Assembly (NCBI GenBank): GCA_022843095.1
Contig: JALHOH010000001.1
Coordinates: 510,001 to 542,000, forward strand
Direction: 5' to 3'
From: Candidatus Saccharimonadota bacterium
Lineage (GTDB): Bacteria; Patescibacteriota; Patescibacteriia; 2-12-FULL-60-25
Length of the DNA: 32,000 nt
Positions within the stretch are counted from its first letter, which is position 1. The number at the start of each line of letters is the position of its first letter. The notes below the pieces were generated by a model. That model was given only the letters and a program-made list of their open reading frames with translations. It ran no database searches and was not told where the DNA came from. Positions 31,742 to 32,000 of the stretch are shown here, in pieces. The position numbers and the translations under genes are program-made.

Positions 31742-32000
31742 ATGCGAAACGTCATCATTATTGGATCCGGCCCAGCGGGGTGGACGGCTGCGGTGTATGC
31801 CGCGCGTGCCAACTTGCAGCCGATCCTGTTTGAAGGCCACGAGCCTGGTGGTCAGCTCATGACCACAACGGATGTAGAGAACTTTCCTGGGTTTCCGGAA
31901 GGGATTCAGGGGCCGGAGCTCATGCGTCTCATGCGAGAGCAGGCAAAACGATTTGGAACGGAAATCGTCTCCGAATTGGTGGAATCTCTGAAGCCCATCG
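31742..32000 (+). CDS. trxB: Thioredoxin reductase, 3' end outside the window
   Basis: My own translation from ATG 31742 gives [55 protein letters not shown]. This includes the FAD GxGxxG motif. The frame stays open to the window end. Confidence 0.88.
   Translation, partial: MRNVIIIGSGPAGWTAAVYAARANLQPILFEGHEPGGQLMTTTDVENFPGFPEGIQGPELMRLMREQAKRFGTEIVSELVESLKPI

Noticed and set aside
30920-31840. A 306-aa minus-strand ORF spans the infB end through to the trxB start.
   Set aside because: It crosses a strong terminator and is antisense to trxA and trxB. Only its small 31044-31262 neighbour, in a different frame, has a start context and a membrane-protein-like sequence.
1-32000. I looked for CRISPR arrays, transposases, integrases, phage genes and toxin-antitoxin pairs, especially next to the three tRNA genes.
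   Set aside because: No spaced direct repeats, no recombinase-like ORFs, and no att-like duplication of tRNA 3' ends were seen. The only compositional anomaly is the 28529-28960 segment, reported separately.

Overview
The window is gene-dense, roughly 55% G+C, and contains no rRNA, CRISPR array, transposase or integrase. Its reduced, mostly housekeeping gene set looks like a small-genome bacterium, possibly Patescibacteria/CPR; that assignment is inference only. The plus-strand block runs: three or four surface proteins, ybeY, dgkA, ftsA, ftsZ, nrdR, an HtrA-like protease, pyk. It is followed by tRNA-Asp. A minus-strand non-oxidative pentose-phosphate block (rpiB, rpe, split transketolase) has two secreted-protein genes inserted into it. 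After that come ileS, a DsbA-fusion gene, divergent tRNA-Arg and tRNA-Lys, proS, HU, rny, truB, two orphan genes, infB, trxA and the start of trxB. Main leads: (1) an unassigned ~130-aa module shared by three secreted Ig-repeat proteins around the transketolase genes, one of them fused to an amicyanin-type blue-copper domain; (2) a tandem family of membrane-anchored proteins with Ca-binding (TSP3-like) repeats; (3) an unexplained 411-nt stretch upstream of proS ending in a terminator; (4) a recurring extended -10 box placed exactly 8 nt before the ATG, which implies leaderless mRNAs; (5) an abrupt drop in G+C inside an orphan gene upstream of infB.
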